From Nitrospirota bacterium (lineage in GTDB: Bacteria; Nitrospirota; UBA9217), in NCBI GenBank assembly GCA_963754875.1, contig CAVWHO010000002.1, forward strand, positions 1 to 64,000: a DNA stretch of 64,000 nt, given 5' to 3'. Within the stretch, counting starts at the first letter, position 1. Every line of letters starts with the position of its first letter. The notes under the pieces were generated by a model. That model was not told the origin of the DNA, did not search any database, and saw nothing but the letters and a program-made list of their open reading frames with translations. The translations under genes were made by a program, and so were the position numbers. Of this stretch, positions 17,981 through 27,576 are shown in pieces.

Positions 17981-20356
17981 ATGGAAACTTCTGAAAAAAC
18001 TGAACTGGGCATACTGAGCGAGATCGGACGAATTTCGAACTCTGCCGTGGGGCTTGGGGAAAAGCTCCGGCGTGTCGTCGAGGCCGTAGCGCGAGGCACG
18101 GGCAAGGACGGGGCCTCGGTGTTCCTCATCGACCGCTCGGGAAATACGGTCACGCTTGCCGCGGCCGTCGGGCTGAACCAGGAAAGCATCGGCAAGCTCA
18201 GTTTTCCGCTCGGCATGGGGGTCGCGGGCTGGGTGGCGCAGCAGAAGGTTCCGCTTGCGCTCGAAGACCCCTACTCGGACCCGAGGTTCGCCTACGTCCC
18301 CGAGTCGGGCATCGAAAATTTCAAGTCCCTTGTAGCCGCGCCCATCATGGACGAAGAGAACTGTCTCGGCGTGATCTTCGTGCTCTCCTCCGCCGGCTGG
18401 CAGGCCACGTCGTCGGACATCACGCTCTTAACGACCACGGCAAACCAGCTCAGCGGTGTCATTAAAAGCGCTCGGCTGTTCGAGGGCCTCCAGGACCGTC
18501 TCGCCGATCTTGCCTCCATCTATGAAATCGGCATGGCACTCACGTCCACGCTGGATCTGGAACAGCTCCTGACGCTCATAGCCAAGAGCACGACCCAGTC
18601 TCTTCGCACCCAAGGCTGCGCCATAAGACTCATGAACCTGCCGGAGATCGTTTCCCATAAAACGTTCGCGTTCCACAGCGATATCGGAAACGCGATCAGG
18701 GAAATGGACGCGCGGATCGGCAACGCGTTAGCAGATCGAGTCGCAGCGGGAAAAAAACCACTTCTCATTCAGGACGTCGGACGTGACGGGTCTCTCGGAG
18801 CTGCCAACCTGTCCGGTTCTGTTATCAGCGTGCCGCTCATATTCCGCGAAAAGGTGATCGGGGTCATAACGCTTTATAACAAACAGCAGGAGGGGCAGAC
18901 ATTCAGCGATGACGATCTCCAGTTCCTGACCACCGTAGCCAGCGGTGCGACCATAGCCGTTGAGAACGCGGCCATGTACGAACGTATGGAGGATCTCGCG
19001 CTCGAGGCCAGGACCCGGGCGCAGGAGCTGTCCATACTGAATGACATCGGCACGGCCATGAGCACGACGCTCAACCTCGACCGATTGCTCAGGATCATCC
19101 TGACCGCCGCCACAATGGGAGGCAGCGGCCTCGGCTTTAACCGCGCGATCCTTCTTTTAACGAATGAACGCACCAACACGCTCCAGGGCATGATGGGCGT
19201 CGGCCCTGCAAACTGGGAAGAAGCCGGTCGGGCCTGGGGCGAAGTTGCCGACAGGCACAAGAGCCTTATGGAATGGATCCAGACCGGAGAACTCTTCGAA
19301 CACCGCGACTCAGCGTTGAATGCACTTGCCCGGGGCATCAGAGTCATGCTCAACCCGGCAGAAGGCGTCCTCGCCTTGACGGCGCTGAATAAACGTCCCT
19401 ATAACGTGACTAACGCAGCCGCGGACCCAACCGTGCCGAAGGACCTCCGGGAACTGCTCAAGGTAAACAGCTTCGCAACGGTGCCGCTCGTGGCAAAAGA
19501 CCGCGTTATCGGCGTTATCCTCGTCGATAATATGTTCAATCAGCGTCCGATCACCGACGGCGACATCCGGTTCCTCAGCATGTTTGCGCACCAGTCGGCG
19601 CTCGCCATCGAAAACGCAATCATTCACACGAATCTGGAAACCATGAACAAGGACATGCGGGCCCTGCACGAACAGCTGGTCCAATCGGAGAAAATGGCGG
19701 CCCTGGGCGCCATGATGGCGGAGATCACCCATGAGATCAGGAACCCCCTCGTCTCCATCGGCGGGTTCACGCGAAGGCTGGCAAAAAAACTGCAGCACAG
19801 CGAAGATAAAAAATACATCGATATCATCTTAAGTGAAGTCTCCCGCCTTGAGGGGATCATTCACGACAATTTGTCGTATATCAAGGAGGTTTCCCTGCGC
19901 TTGGGCGAAGCGGACATCAACGCCCTGATCCAGGATATCCTCACGCTCTATGAAGACGAACTTGCTCAGCGGCTCATCACCGTGGAAAAGAATTTGTCTC
20001 CTTTCGTTCCGACGCTCAAGATCGACCCCCAGCAAATAAAGCAGGCAGTGATCAACATCCTGAAAAACGCTATGGAGGCCATGGAGAGCGGCGGCACGCT
20101 TTCCATCAGGACCGTCTTTCTGGAAGAAACGCGTGAAGTTGCAATCGAGTTCGGCGACTCGGGTCCCGGCATCTCTGCCAAGGCCATGCATAACATCTTC
20201 AATCCCTACTACACGACGAAACCGCGGGGGACAGGGCTGGGGCTGCCGATCACCAACAGGATCATCAAGGCCCATAAAGGAAAAATCGAACTGAAAAACA
20301 GGGAAACCGGGGGGGCGCTGTTCACGATCAAACTGCCCTGTACCGCATCGGGATAA
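17981..20356 (+). CDS. Cytoplasmic multi-GAF sensor histidine kinase
   Basis: Three GAF-like repeats, H-box EITHEIRNPL, NILKNAMEAM, DSGPGI, GTGLGL. Confidence 0.92.
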   Translation: METSEKTELGILSEIGRISNSAVGLGEKLRRVVEAVARGTGKDGASVFLIDRSGNTVTLAAAVGLNQESIGKLSFPLGMGVAGWVAQQKVPLALEDPYSDPRFAYVPESGIENFKSLVAAPIMDEENCLGVIFVLSSAGWQATSSDITLLTTTANQLSGVIKSARLFEGLQDRLADLASIYEIGMALTSTLDLEQLLTLIAKSTTQSLRTQGCAIRLMNLPEIVSHKTFAFHSDIGNAIREMDARIGNALADRVAAGKKPLLIQDVGRDGSLGAANLSGSVISVPLIFREKVIGVITLYNKQQEGQTFSDDDLQFLTTVASGATIAVENAAMYERMEDLALEARTRAQELSILNDIGTAMSTTLNLDRLLRIILTAATMGGSGLGFNRAILLLTNERTNTLQGMMGVGPANWEEAGRAWGEVADRHKSLMEWIQTGELFEHRDSALNALARGIRVMLNPAEGVLALTALNKRPYNVTNAAADPTVPKDLRELLKVNSFATVPLVAKDRVIGVILVDNMFNQRPITDGDIRFLSMFAHQSALAIENAIIHTNLETMNKDMRALHEQLVQSEKMAALGAMMAEITHEIRNPLVSIGGFTRRLAKKLQHSEDKKYIDIILSEVSRLEGIIHDNLSYIKEVSLRLGEADINALIQDILTLYEDELAQRLITVEKNLSPFVPTLKIDPQQIKQAVINILKNAMEAMESGGTLSIRTVFLEETREVAIEFGDSGPGISAKAMHNIFNPYYTTKPRGTGLGLPITNRIIKAHKGKIELKNRETGGALFTIKLPCTASG

Positions 20357-20375
20357 TAAAGGAGCATGCGGAGGT

Positions 20376-20457
20376 CTCAAGCGCCAGCAGCGTGCTGGGG
20401 AAAAGTCTCATGATTCACGGACCTGTAGCCGCAGTGACAGAGCAAAGCACCGGCGCA
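20376..20457. repeat. Degenerate REP-like palindromic element
   Basis: GCGCCAGCAGCGTGCT...GCAGTGACAGAGCAAAGCACCGGCGC; the GCGCC and GGCGC ends pair. Confidence 0.4.
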
Positions 20458-20511
20458 TTAAACTGTTGTAAATTGTTTTTAAGACGAGCGATAATAGCCA
20501 AGGAGGCACCG

Positions 20512-20862
20512 ATGAAGAAAGTACTGGTTGTCGACGACGAAGAGAATATCCGGGAGCTCTATAGGGAAGAGTTGGAAGAGATGGGCTATGCCGTGACGAC
20601 CGTTTCCGACGGCGTACAGGCGCTCACCGTCATGGACACGGGGAAATTTGATCTCGTCACCCTCGATATGCGCATGCCCGACCAGGACGGCATTGAGACC
20701 CTGCGAAAGATGAAGGAAAAGGACAGCACGCTGCCGGTAATCATCTGCACGGCCTACGAAGAGTACAAGCAGGACTTCGGGAGCTGGTGCTCGGACGCCT
20801 ACGTCGTAAAGTCAGCGGATACCACGCTTCTGCGCGAAACAGTAAAGAAGATCCTGGGATGA
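20512..20862 (+). CDS. Single-domain response regulator
   Basis: KVLVVDDE, LVTLDMRMP, ICTAY, VVKS; AGGAGG RBS. Confidence 0.92.
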   Translation: MKKVLVVDDEENIRELYREELEEMGYAVTTVSDGVQALTVMDTGKFDLVTLDMRMPDQDGIETLRKMKEKDSTLPVIICTAYEEYKQDFGSWCSDAYVVKSADTTLLRETVKKILG

Positions 20863-22148
20863 ACGAGCGGGCGGAAGTGATCGTGGAGAAACTTGTCCAC
20901 GGCGGCAGCGGTCTTGCGCGGCTCGGCACGGGCCAGGCGGTCTTCGTTAACGGCGTGCTGCCCGGCGAGCGAGCCCTCGTAGCTGTCAATCGAAAACGGA
21001 AAGGCTTCTTGGAAGCCAGTGTGGTCGAGATCATCACTCCGTCGAAACACCGCATCACTCCCCCCTGCACCGGGGAAAAGCAGTGTACCGGTGCGACGTG
21101 GCCGCATATCGCCTATCCTGCCCAGCTCATGTACAAACAGGAGATCCTTCAGGACACCCTCTCAAGAATCGGCGGCATCACTCCGAGGCGCCCTCTTTCC
21201 ATTCTCCCGTCCCCCCGGATTGACCACTACCGGCTGCGCACGCAATTCAACGTCCGAACAGCGGAAGGAGAACAGCGGATCGGTTTTTTCCGCCAAGGGT
21301 CGTACAGCCTCGTAGAAGTCGATGACGCATTTCTTATCCATCCGCTCATCAACAAAACGCTGAAGGCCGTCAGGTCGCTCGTTCACCAGCTTCCTCCGGT
21401 CACGGAAATCCACATTAACGCGACCCCCGGCGGAGAAGTCCATCTATTGTTTTTCAGCGGGCTGGACGCGCTGCCTTCAATGGAACCGTTTTACATGAAT
21501 CTAAAAAAAGCAGTGCCTGAGGTGATCGGGATAACCGGATTTGCACACAAGAATAAGGCTTTCGTCCTCGGAAACAACCGGCTGTCTCTTGAAGTGGGTG
21601 GATTGAAATACCGCGTCACGGAAGGCAATTTCTACCAGGTCAACTGGGAGCAGAACAAAAACATGGTGGGGACGGTCCTGGATTTTGCCGAGCTCGCGGG
21701 ACAGGAGACGGTCCTCGACCTCTATTGCGGCATCGGCAACTTTTCCTTGCCGCTCGCCCGGAAGGCGGGGAACGTCATCGGCATCGAGTCCGGCTATGCC
21801 GCCATCGAAGATGCAAAAGCAAATGCAGAACTGAACGGAATTACGAACGTGGAGTTCATTGCCGATGATCTGCAAAAAGGCCTCAAGACGCTCTTACAGC
21901 GGAAGATGCGGGCGGATGTCATTGTCCTGGATCCGCCGAGGGCAGGCGCTACGCTGAAAACCCTCGAACGCGTGCTTGCCTTTGTCCCGCAGAAGATCGT
22001 TTATGTGTCGTGCAATCCCTCGACGCTCGCGCGGGACCTGAAATTCTTCCACCTCTTCGGTTTCCGCCTCGACCGCCTCCAGCCCGTGGACATGTTCCCT
22101 TACACTTATCATATCGAATGCATCGCAGAGATGAAGCGGGAAAAATAG
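20859..22148 (+). CDS. rlmD: 23S rRNA m5U methyltransferase (RlmD/TrmA family, TRAM domain)
   Basis: LVHGGSGLAR..VLPGE, FYQVN, LDLYCGIGNF, LDPPRAG, YVSCNPSTLARD, VDMFPYT. Confidence 0.9.
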   Translation: MNERAEVIVEKLVHGGSGLARLGTGQAVFVNGVLPGERALVAVNRKRKGFLEASVVEIITPSKHRITPPCTGEKQCTGATWPHIAYPAQLMYKQEILQDTLSRIGGITPRRPLSILPSPRIDHYRLRTQFNVRTAEGEQRIGFFRQGSYSLVEVDDAFLIHPLINKTLKAVRSLVHQLPPVTEIHINATPGGEVHLLFFSGLDALPSMEPFYMNLKKAVPEVIGITGFAHKNKAFVLGNNRLSLEVGGLKYRVTEGNFYQVNWEQNKNMVGTVLDFAELAGQETVLDLYCGIGNFSLPLARKAGNVIGIESGYAAIEDAKANAELNGITNVEFIADDLQKGLKTLLQRKMRADVIVLDPPRAGATLKTLERVLAFVPQKIVYVSCNPSTLARDLKFFHLFGFRLDRLQPVDMFPYTYHIECIAEMKREK

Positions 22149-22169
22149 ACGAGTCGCATGAATCGCGTG

Positions 22170-23492
22170 TCAGTGGTTACGCGCCTTTTTTTTCTTCTTT
22201 TTCCCGGAACCGATGTCCTTCCGTGCAGGTGATGCTCGCTCTTTATCCTTCACAGCCGATCCTGGCGTGGGTGTTGATGCTGAAACGGCGCTACTCGGCG
22301 TTGAAACCGTCATCGGCGAAGGAAGGGGAGCGCCTGTCCCCGTCGCTGTCCCCGCAGCATCCTGCAGTATCGCGCCGGGACTCGTGGGCGTGCTTGTTGT
22401 AGTCACCTGCGGCCGTATCACGGGCGGAACCGTGAAGGACGGCAGTGCCGGCTGGACCGCAGAAGGCTGCCCGGACGGCCGGTTTGCCCGCATCTCGTAG
22501 AACAGGACGCCGCCTGCCGCGAGCACGAGTATTGCCGAGGCAATGAGGGCAGTGCCGAGCCGTCCGATTGCCGGCGCCTTTACTACGGCAATCACGGTTT
22601 CCTGGTCCGGGGCCGCATCGAACACGTTCATGGACACCAGATAGCCCGCGATTCGCCGGAGGGAATCGGCTTTCGTTGACCTGCGGCCAAGCCGCTTTTC
22701 CAGTTTCCTCTGTACCTCGAGCACTGACCCAAGTCGTCTTTTGGTCTTCTTCCGCAGGCACTTTTTGATGAGCCGCTGAAGGCCCCACGGGATATCGCTG
22801 TTCACGCGGCGCGGGGCAGGGAATTTGTCTTTCAGGATCTTGGCCGTGACCGATCGCGTATTATCATCCCGGAAGGGCTTGATGCCGGTGAACATCTCAT
22901 AGAGCACGATGCCGAAGGAAAAAATGTCCGACCGGGCGTCGAGCGACTGGCCGAGAATCTGCTCGGGAGACATGTAGGCCGGCGTACCGATGAGCGTGCC
23001 CGGCATGGTCAGTGCCTCCAGGTTCCTGCTCTGGGCGATGCCGAAGTCCATAAGTTTTACTTCGCCGTTCCGTTTGATCATGATGTTGCTCGGTTTGATG
23101 TCGCGGTGGATCAGCCCTCGCATGTGCGCGTAATCGAGGGCGTTGCACACCTGGATGGCGATCATGACGCCGACATCTACAGGCACCGGCCCGGTCTTCT
23201 CGATGACGTCGGCAAGGTTGGCGCCGTCCACGTACTCCATCACGATGCTGTAATGGGGCCTTTTCCAAAAATCATAGATGTGGACGATATTTTCATGCTG
23301 GAGCGAAGCGGCCACTCTGCTTTCGCGTTCAAAACGCCGGACGATCTGGGCGTCCGCCTGGTAGGCCTTCTTCAGTTCCTTGATGGCGACCGGCCGGTCC
23401 AGGGACTTCTGGACGGCTTTGTATACGGTGGCCATGCCGCCGGAGCCGATCTCGCCGACTATTTCGTATTCATCTTTTATCTGTCTCGTCAT
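22170..23492 (-). CDS. Hanks-type Ser/Thr kinase with a TM helix and Pro/Thr-rich tail
   Basis: GSGGMATVY, VAIK, HRDIKPSN, DFG, YMSPEQ, SDIFSFG. Confidence 0.95.
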   Translation of the reverse strand: MTRQIKDEYEIVGEIGSGGMATVYKAVQKSLDRPVAIKELKKAYQADAQIVRRFERESRVAASLQHENIVHIYDFWKRPHYSIVMEYVDGANLADVIEKTGPVPVDVGVMIAIQVCNALDYAHMRGLIHRDIKPSNIMIKRNGEVKLMDFGIAQSRNLEALTMPGTLIGTPAYMSPEQILGQSLDARSDIFSFGIVLYEMFTGIKPFRDDNTRSVTAKILKDKFPAPRRVNSDIPWGLQRLIKKCLRKKTKRRLGSVLEVQRKLEKRLGRRSTKADSLRRIAGYLVSMNVFDAAPDQETVIAVVKAPAIGRLGTALIASAILVLAAGGVLFYEMRANRPSGQPSAVQPALPSFTVPPVIRPQVTTTSTPTSPGAILQDAAGTATGTGAPLPSPMTVSTPSSAVSASTPTPGSAVKDKERASPARKDIGSGKKKKKKARNH

Positions 23493-23688
23493 TGGCTTTT
23501 CCTGGATGCAATGCTGCGCGATGACATGAGTAAACTGGAAACCATGCGGTTCTTTCTTTCTCCCAACCCGAACGCGCAGCTGCCAGACAAAACTATGTGC
23601 CGCTTATGGCACAAAGTTCCCGAAGCGCGACGGTGTAAAATTTTCCTGCCGCTTTGACAAGAATATAATTCGTAACTGACTCAAGGGC

Positions 23689-24450
23689 CTATACATCCGT
23701 TATCCATACCACAACCGCGGTAATATTGTCCACCCCTCCCCGGTCGTTTGCCGCAGCCAAAAGCTGCTGCACGGCTTCCCGGGGTGCTGCCTCAGCGAGA
23801 ATCCGGCCGATGTCTTCATCATCCACCATCTCCGTCAGGCCGTCGGTACACAGGAGAAACCTGTCGTTCTTCTGCACACTCTGCCGCATAACGTCCGGCT
23901 GGACCCCGTCGGCTGTGCCCAGAGCCCGGGTGATCATGTGGCGGTAGGGGCTCGATCTCGCCTGCTCAGGCGTCATGACGCCTGCGCGGACCTGGTCCGC
24001 TACGAAGGAGTGGTCGTCCGTCAATTGTTTGAACTCGCCTGACCTGAGAAGATAAGCGCGGCTGTCCCCGACGTGGGCGATGCAGACAGACTCTTTTCTG
24101 AAGAGGAGCGTTGCCAGCGTCGTCCCCATGCCTGCCAATTCTGGACGCAGCTCTTGAGCATGCCGGATTTCGTCGTTCACAAAGGTGACAGCCTGCCCCA
24201 ATATGGAGTTTTCCGACCCGGTCTTGCGGACGGGCCCCGGGGGTGCGGTCTGTTCTTTTTCCCGAATCAGATTTACTACGGCCTCGGCAAGCGCCTCCAC
24301 GGCGATGCGGCTTGCGACCTCGCCTCCTTCGCTCCCTCCTACCCCGTCTGCAACGGCATAGAGCCCCGTCTCGTCATCAAGCAGATAGGCATCTTCGTTA
24401 TTGCTTCTTCTTTTTCCTTGGTCGGTTCCGCCAAACGAAATTATTTTCAT
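23689..24450 (-). CDS. PP2C/Stp1-family Ser/Thr phosphatase
   Basis: RSNNEDA, VADGVGG, GMGTT, HVGDSRAY, LCTDGL, GGVDNIT. Confidence 0.95.
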   Translation of the reverse strand: MKIISFGGTDQGKRRSNNEDAYLLDDETGLYAVADGVGGSEGGEVASRIAVEALAEAVVNLIREKEQTAPPGPVRKTGSENSILGQAVTFVNDEIRHAQELRPELAGMGTTLATLLFRKESVCIAHVGDSRAYLLRSGEFKQLTDDHSFVADQVRAGVMTPEQARSSPYRHMITRALGTADGVQPDVMRQSVQKNDRFLLCTDGLTEMVDDEDIGRILAEAAPREAVQQLLAAANDRGGVDNITAVVVWITDV

Positions 24451-24645
24451 ATCTTTGGTCTCACCTGCCTGCTCCGACGGCAGCGTTCACGGAACAGACG
24501 CCATACAATTCCTCAGGGTATTCGTACTTTTCTGTTTCCCCTGGCTGCGTAATTCCCTGAGCTTATGATTATGATAGGGCAAAGCCCTACCTACGTCAAG
24601 GTGAAATCCGTATTCTTTATCGGTCCAGTATGCTACAATATCGAT

Positions 24646-25993
24646 ATGAAAAAAGCTGCGAAAACATCCTCTCCTCCGGCCAGAAAGCCGGACCAGACTG
24701 AAGTATTGGCCGGCGTAGGGCAGAAGCCGCTTGTTCTCAAAAAAGCCCGTTTCGTCGTTACGAAAGGCAAGGATGACGGCAAAGAAATGGTACTTCAGAA
24801 TCCCCTCGTCACGATCGGCACCCTGCCGGAAAACAGCCTCGTGCTGACGGACCCCACGGTCTCTCGCAGGCACGCCAGTGTCGAGGAGACTTCCGGCGGC
24901 TATGTTCTGCGCGATCTCAACAGTACGAACGGGACGTTTCTCGAAGGCGTACGCGTCGGCGAGGGGTATCTTCAGGCGGGCTCCCATATCCGTCTGGGAC
25001 AAACCGAGATGGTCTTCTCGCCTCTGGAGGAACGTATCGAGAACCTCCGCAGTTCCTCTGACCGTTTCGGCGACCTCATCGGTACATCTCGGACCATGCG
25101 GGAAGTCTTCGGCATACTGGAGCGCGTTGCGCCCACCGATATCACCGTGCTCATCCAGGGCGAGACCGGCACAGGGAAAGAACTCGCAGCACGGGCCGTC
25201 CACAGCCGCAGCCGCAGGGCAGCGGGGCCCTTTGTCGTGTTCGACTGCGGCGCCGTTGCCCCGAACCTGATCGAAAGCGAACTCTTCGGCCATGAGAAGG
25301 GTGCATTCACCGACGCGGTCAAGTCCCGCCAGGGGGCCTTTGAGCTTGCAGAGAGTGGTACGCTCTTCCTGGACGAAATCGGGGAACTTGCCACTTCACT
25401 CCAGCCCAAGCTCCTCCGCGCCCTGGACCAGCGCGAGGTGAGGCGCGTCGGCGCCGAACAGACCGTCAAGGTGAACGTCCGCGTTGTCGCCGCCACAAAC
25501 CGTGACCTTGAAAAAGAAGTAAAAGCCGGTCGTTTTCGTGAGGACCTGTTCTATCGCCTTTCAGCCGTAAGCGTACAACTCCCTTCGCTCCGCATGCACA
25601 AGGACGACATCGAACCGATCGCCGGACACCTGCTCGCCGGAATATCCAAAGAGGCGGGCAAACAGCTTACTGGCTTCTCGCTCGAAGGCACTGGCGGCAC
25701 TTACGGCGTATGCCTGGCCGGGCAATGTCCGGGAGCTCAAGAACGTGCTTGAACGCGCAGCAGCGCTGTGTGAGGGGAATCGGATCGAAGCAAAAGACCT
25801 GTTCCTCTCCCAGGGGAAGAAGACCGCGACGCTTGAGGGACTGAGTGGCAAGACCCTCGAAGAGATCGAAAAGGCAGCCATCTACGCCACGCTCAGGTCC
25901 GCTGCCGGCAATAAGACCGAATCCGCAAAGGTGCTCGGCATTGCCTATTCGACACTGTATGAGAAAATGAAAAAGTATGGAATCAAGGAATAG
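24646..25993 (+). CDS. FHA-domain sigma54-dependent enhancer-binding protein (frameshift near 25686)
   Basis: FHA VSRRHA..STNGT; GETGTGKE, ESELFGHEKGAFTDA, LFLDEIGE, WPGNVREL; C-terminal HTH. Confidence 0.93.
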
Positions 25994-26172
25994 AGAGCTG
26001 TGCAAAAGTTGATAAATTCGATCTCCCTCTTTTTTCGTTCTTCCGCCCTTCACTGATGTAATCGTACAAAAGCATCCTCACTCAAAGGCACGAAGACACA
26101 AAGAAGAATTGACTTTTGTTTTTCAAAGCGTCTTTCTCCGGCCTCAGTGCCGATCTGCGAAATTATTACTTT

Positions 26173-27369
26173 TTACGAGTTTGTCATCATTGCCGCTGTC
26201 GCAATCACCGCAGTAATCGCCAGTGCCGTAAAAAGTACCCACGGCCACGATCTCCTGAATAGAAGTCTCGGACGAAGAACGCCTGAATCCGTCTTTACGG
26301 TGATGTGGGGCCTGTATTCCCTACCCGGTTTGAGCATCCTGCTCTGAACGCGGAACAACAGCCACGCCGCTTCGGGACCGAACGACGTAGGCTTCGGTCT
26401 GATCCAGCGGTCGTCCGCGGACAGGGTCCCCGTCGTGCCGCTGCAGCCCAAGGCCATCACGGGCACGCTCACCCAGGCTGCTTTTCTCCACCACGAAAGC
26501 TTGATCACCTTTCCCGGTTTGGCATAAATGATTTTCGCTCTTTCTCTTCACCGGCGCCGATAAGATCGAGAAGGACCTTCTGGATGGCGATCTTCATTTC
26601 GTATGCGCTCTGGTAGCGTTTGGTCATGTCCGGTGCGAGCGCTTTTTTGATAATGGCCGCCGTCTCACGGCTCATCTTCCGGTTCATCTGCCTCGGGTCC
26701 TTGAAATCCAGCAAGTTTTGCGGCGGGTGTTCTCCGGTAAGGCAGTGATACAACGTAGCGCCGAGCGAAAACAGGTCCGAACGCACGTCGGTCTGGCCCG
26801 TGCCGTACTGTTCCGGCGCGGCGTATCCCGGTGTGCCGTACACGTAGGTGTCCTCGGTCCGCTCCTCCTTGAAGAAACGGGCAATGCCGAAGTCGATCAG
26901 CTTCACTCTGCCGTCATGGGCGATCATGATGTTCGAGGGCTTCATGTCACGGAACACGATGGGCCGCGGCTTTTGCACGCTCAGAAAGTGCATGGCCCTG
27001 CAGATCTGGAGCGCCCAGGAAAGCGCCAGCCGCTCGTCCACCGGTTTCCCGTGCCGGCTGTCCAGCATCTGTTCCAGCGTCTTGCCGCGGATGTACTCCA
27101 TGACGATGTAGTAGCGCCCTGCAGCGAGAAGTAATCGTAGACTTTCGGCAGGTTCGGGTGCGTCAGGCGCGTAAGTATCCGCGCCTCGGTCTGGAACTGG
27201 GCGAGCGCTTCGCGGACCTTTGGCCACGTGCAGCCTGTCTGTCCGGAGTTCCTTGACAGCCAGGACTTTTCCTCCTCCGCGAGCGGTCCGCAACCTTGTA
27301 CACGCAGCCCATCCCGCCTTTGCCGAGGATGCCGACGATCTCGTATCGTTTTTTGAGAAGACGATTCAT
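26173..27369 (-). CDS. Ser/Thr kinase, probably fused to a BACON-like domain and C-terminal TM (several apparent frameshifts)
   Basis: MNRLLKKRYEIVGILGKGGMG, LAVKEL, HPNLPKVYD, FRDMKPSN, DFG, YAAPEQ. ORF 26173-26508 is open upstream (RAKIIYAKPGKVIKL) and overlaps the kinase end. Confidence 0.8.
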
Positions 27370-27405
27370 AAGTTCTCTCAGAAGTCTTGGGCGCGCTGTT
27401 AATTT

Positions 27406-27498
27406 CCTCCCCTTCAAGGGGAGGAGTAAGCTGGGGATGGGTCTCGCTGGATCGACAAGAACCCATCCTCACGCCAGCCCTCTCCTTGAAGGAGAGGG
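27406..27498. repeat. Compound palindromic REP-like element
   Basis: CCTCCCCTTCAAGGGGAGG and CCCTCTCCTTGAAGGAGAGGG hairpins flank GGATGGGT...ACCCATCC. Confidence 0.8.
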
Positions 27499-27576
27499 CT
27501 TTTTGTTGCGGCAGAAGTTGAAGTTGTGGAGACACCGTAAACCTGCTCCCCTGCCCCTCTGCTCCTTGCTCAACTC

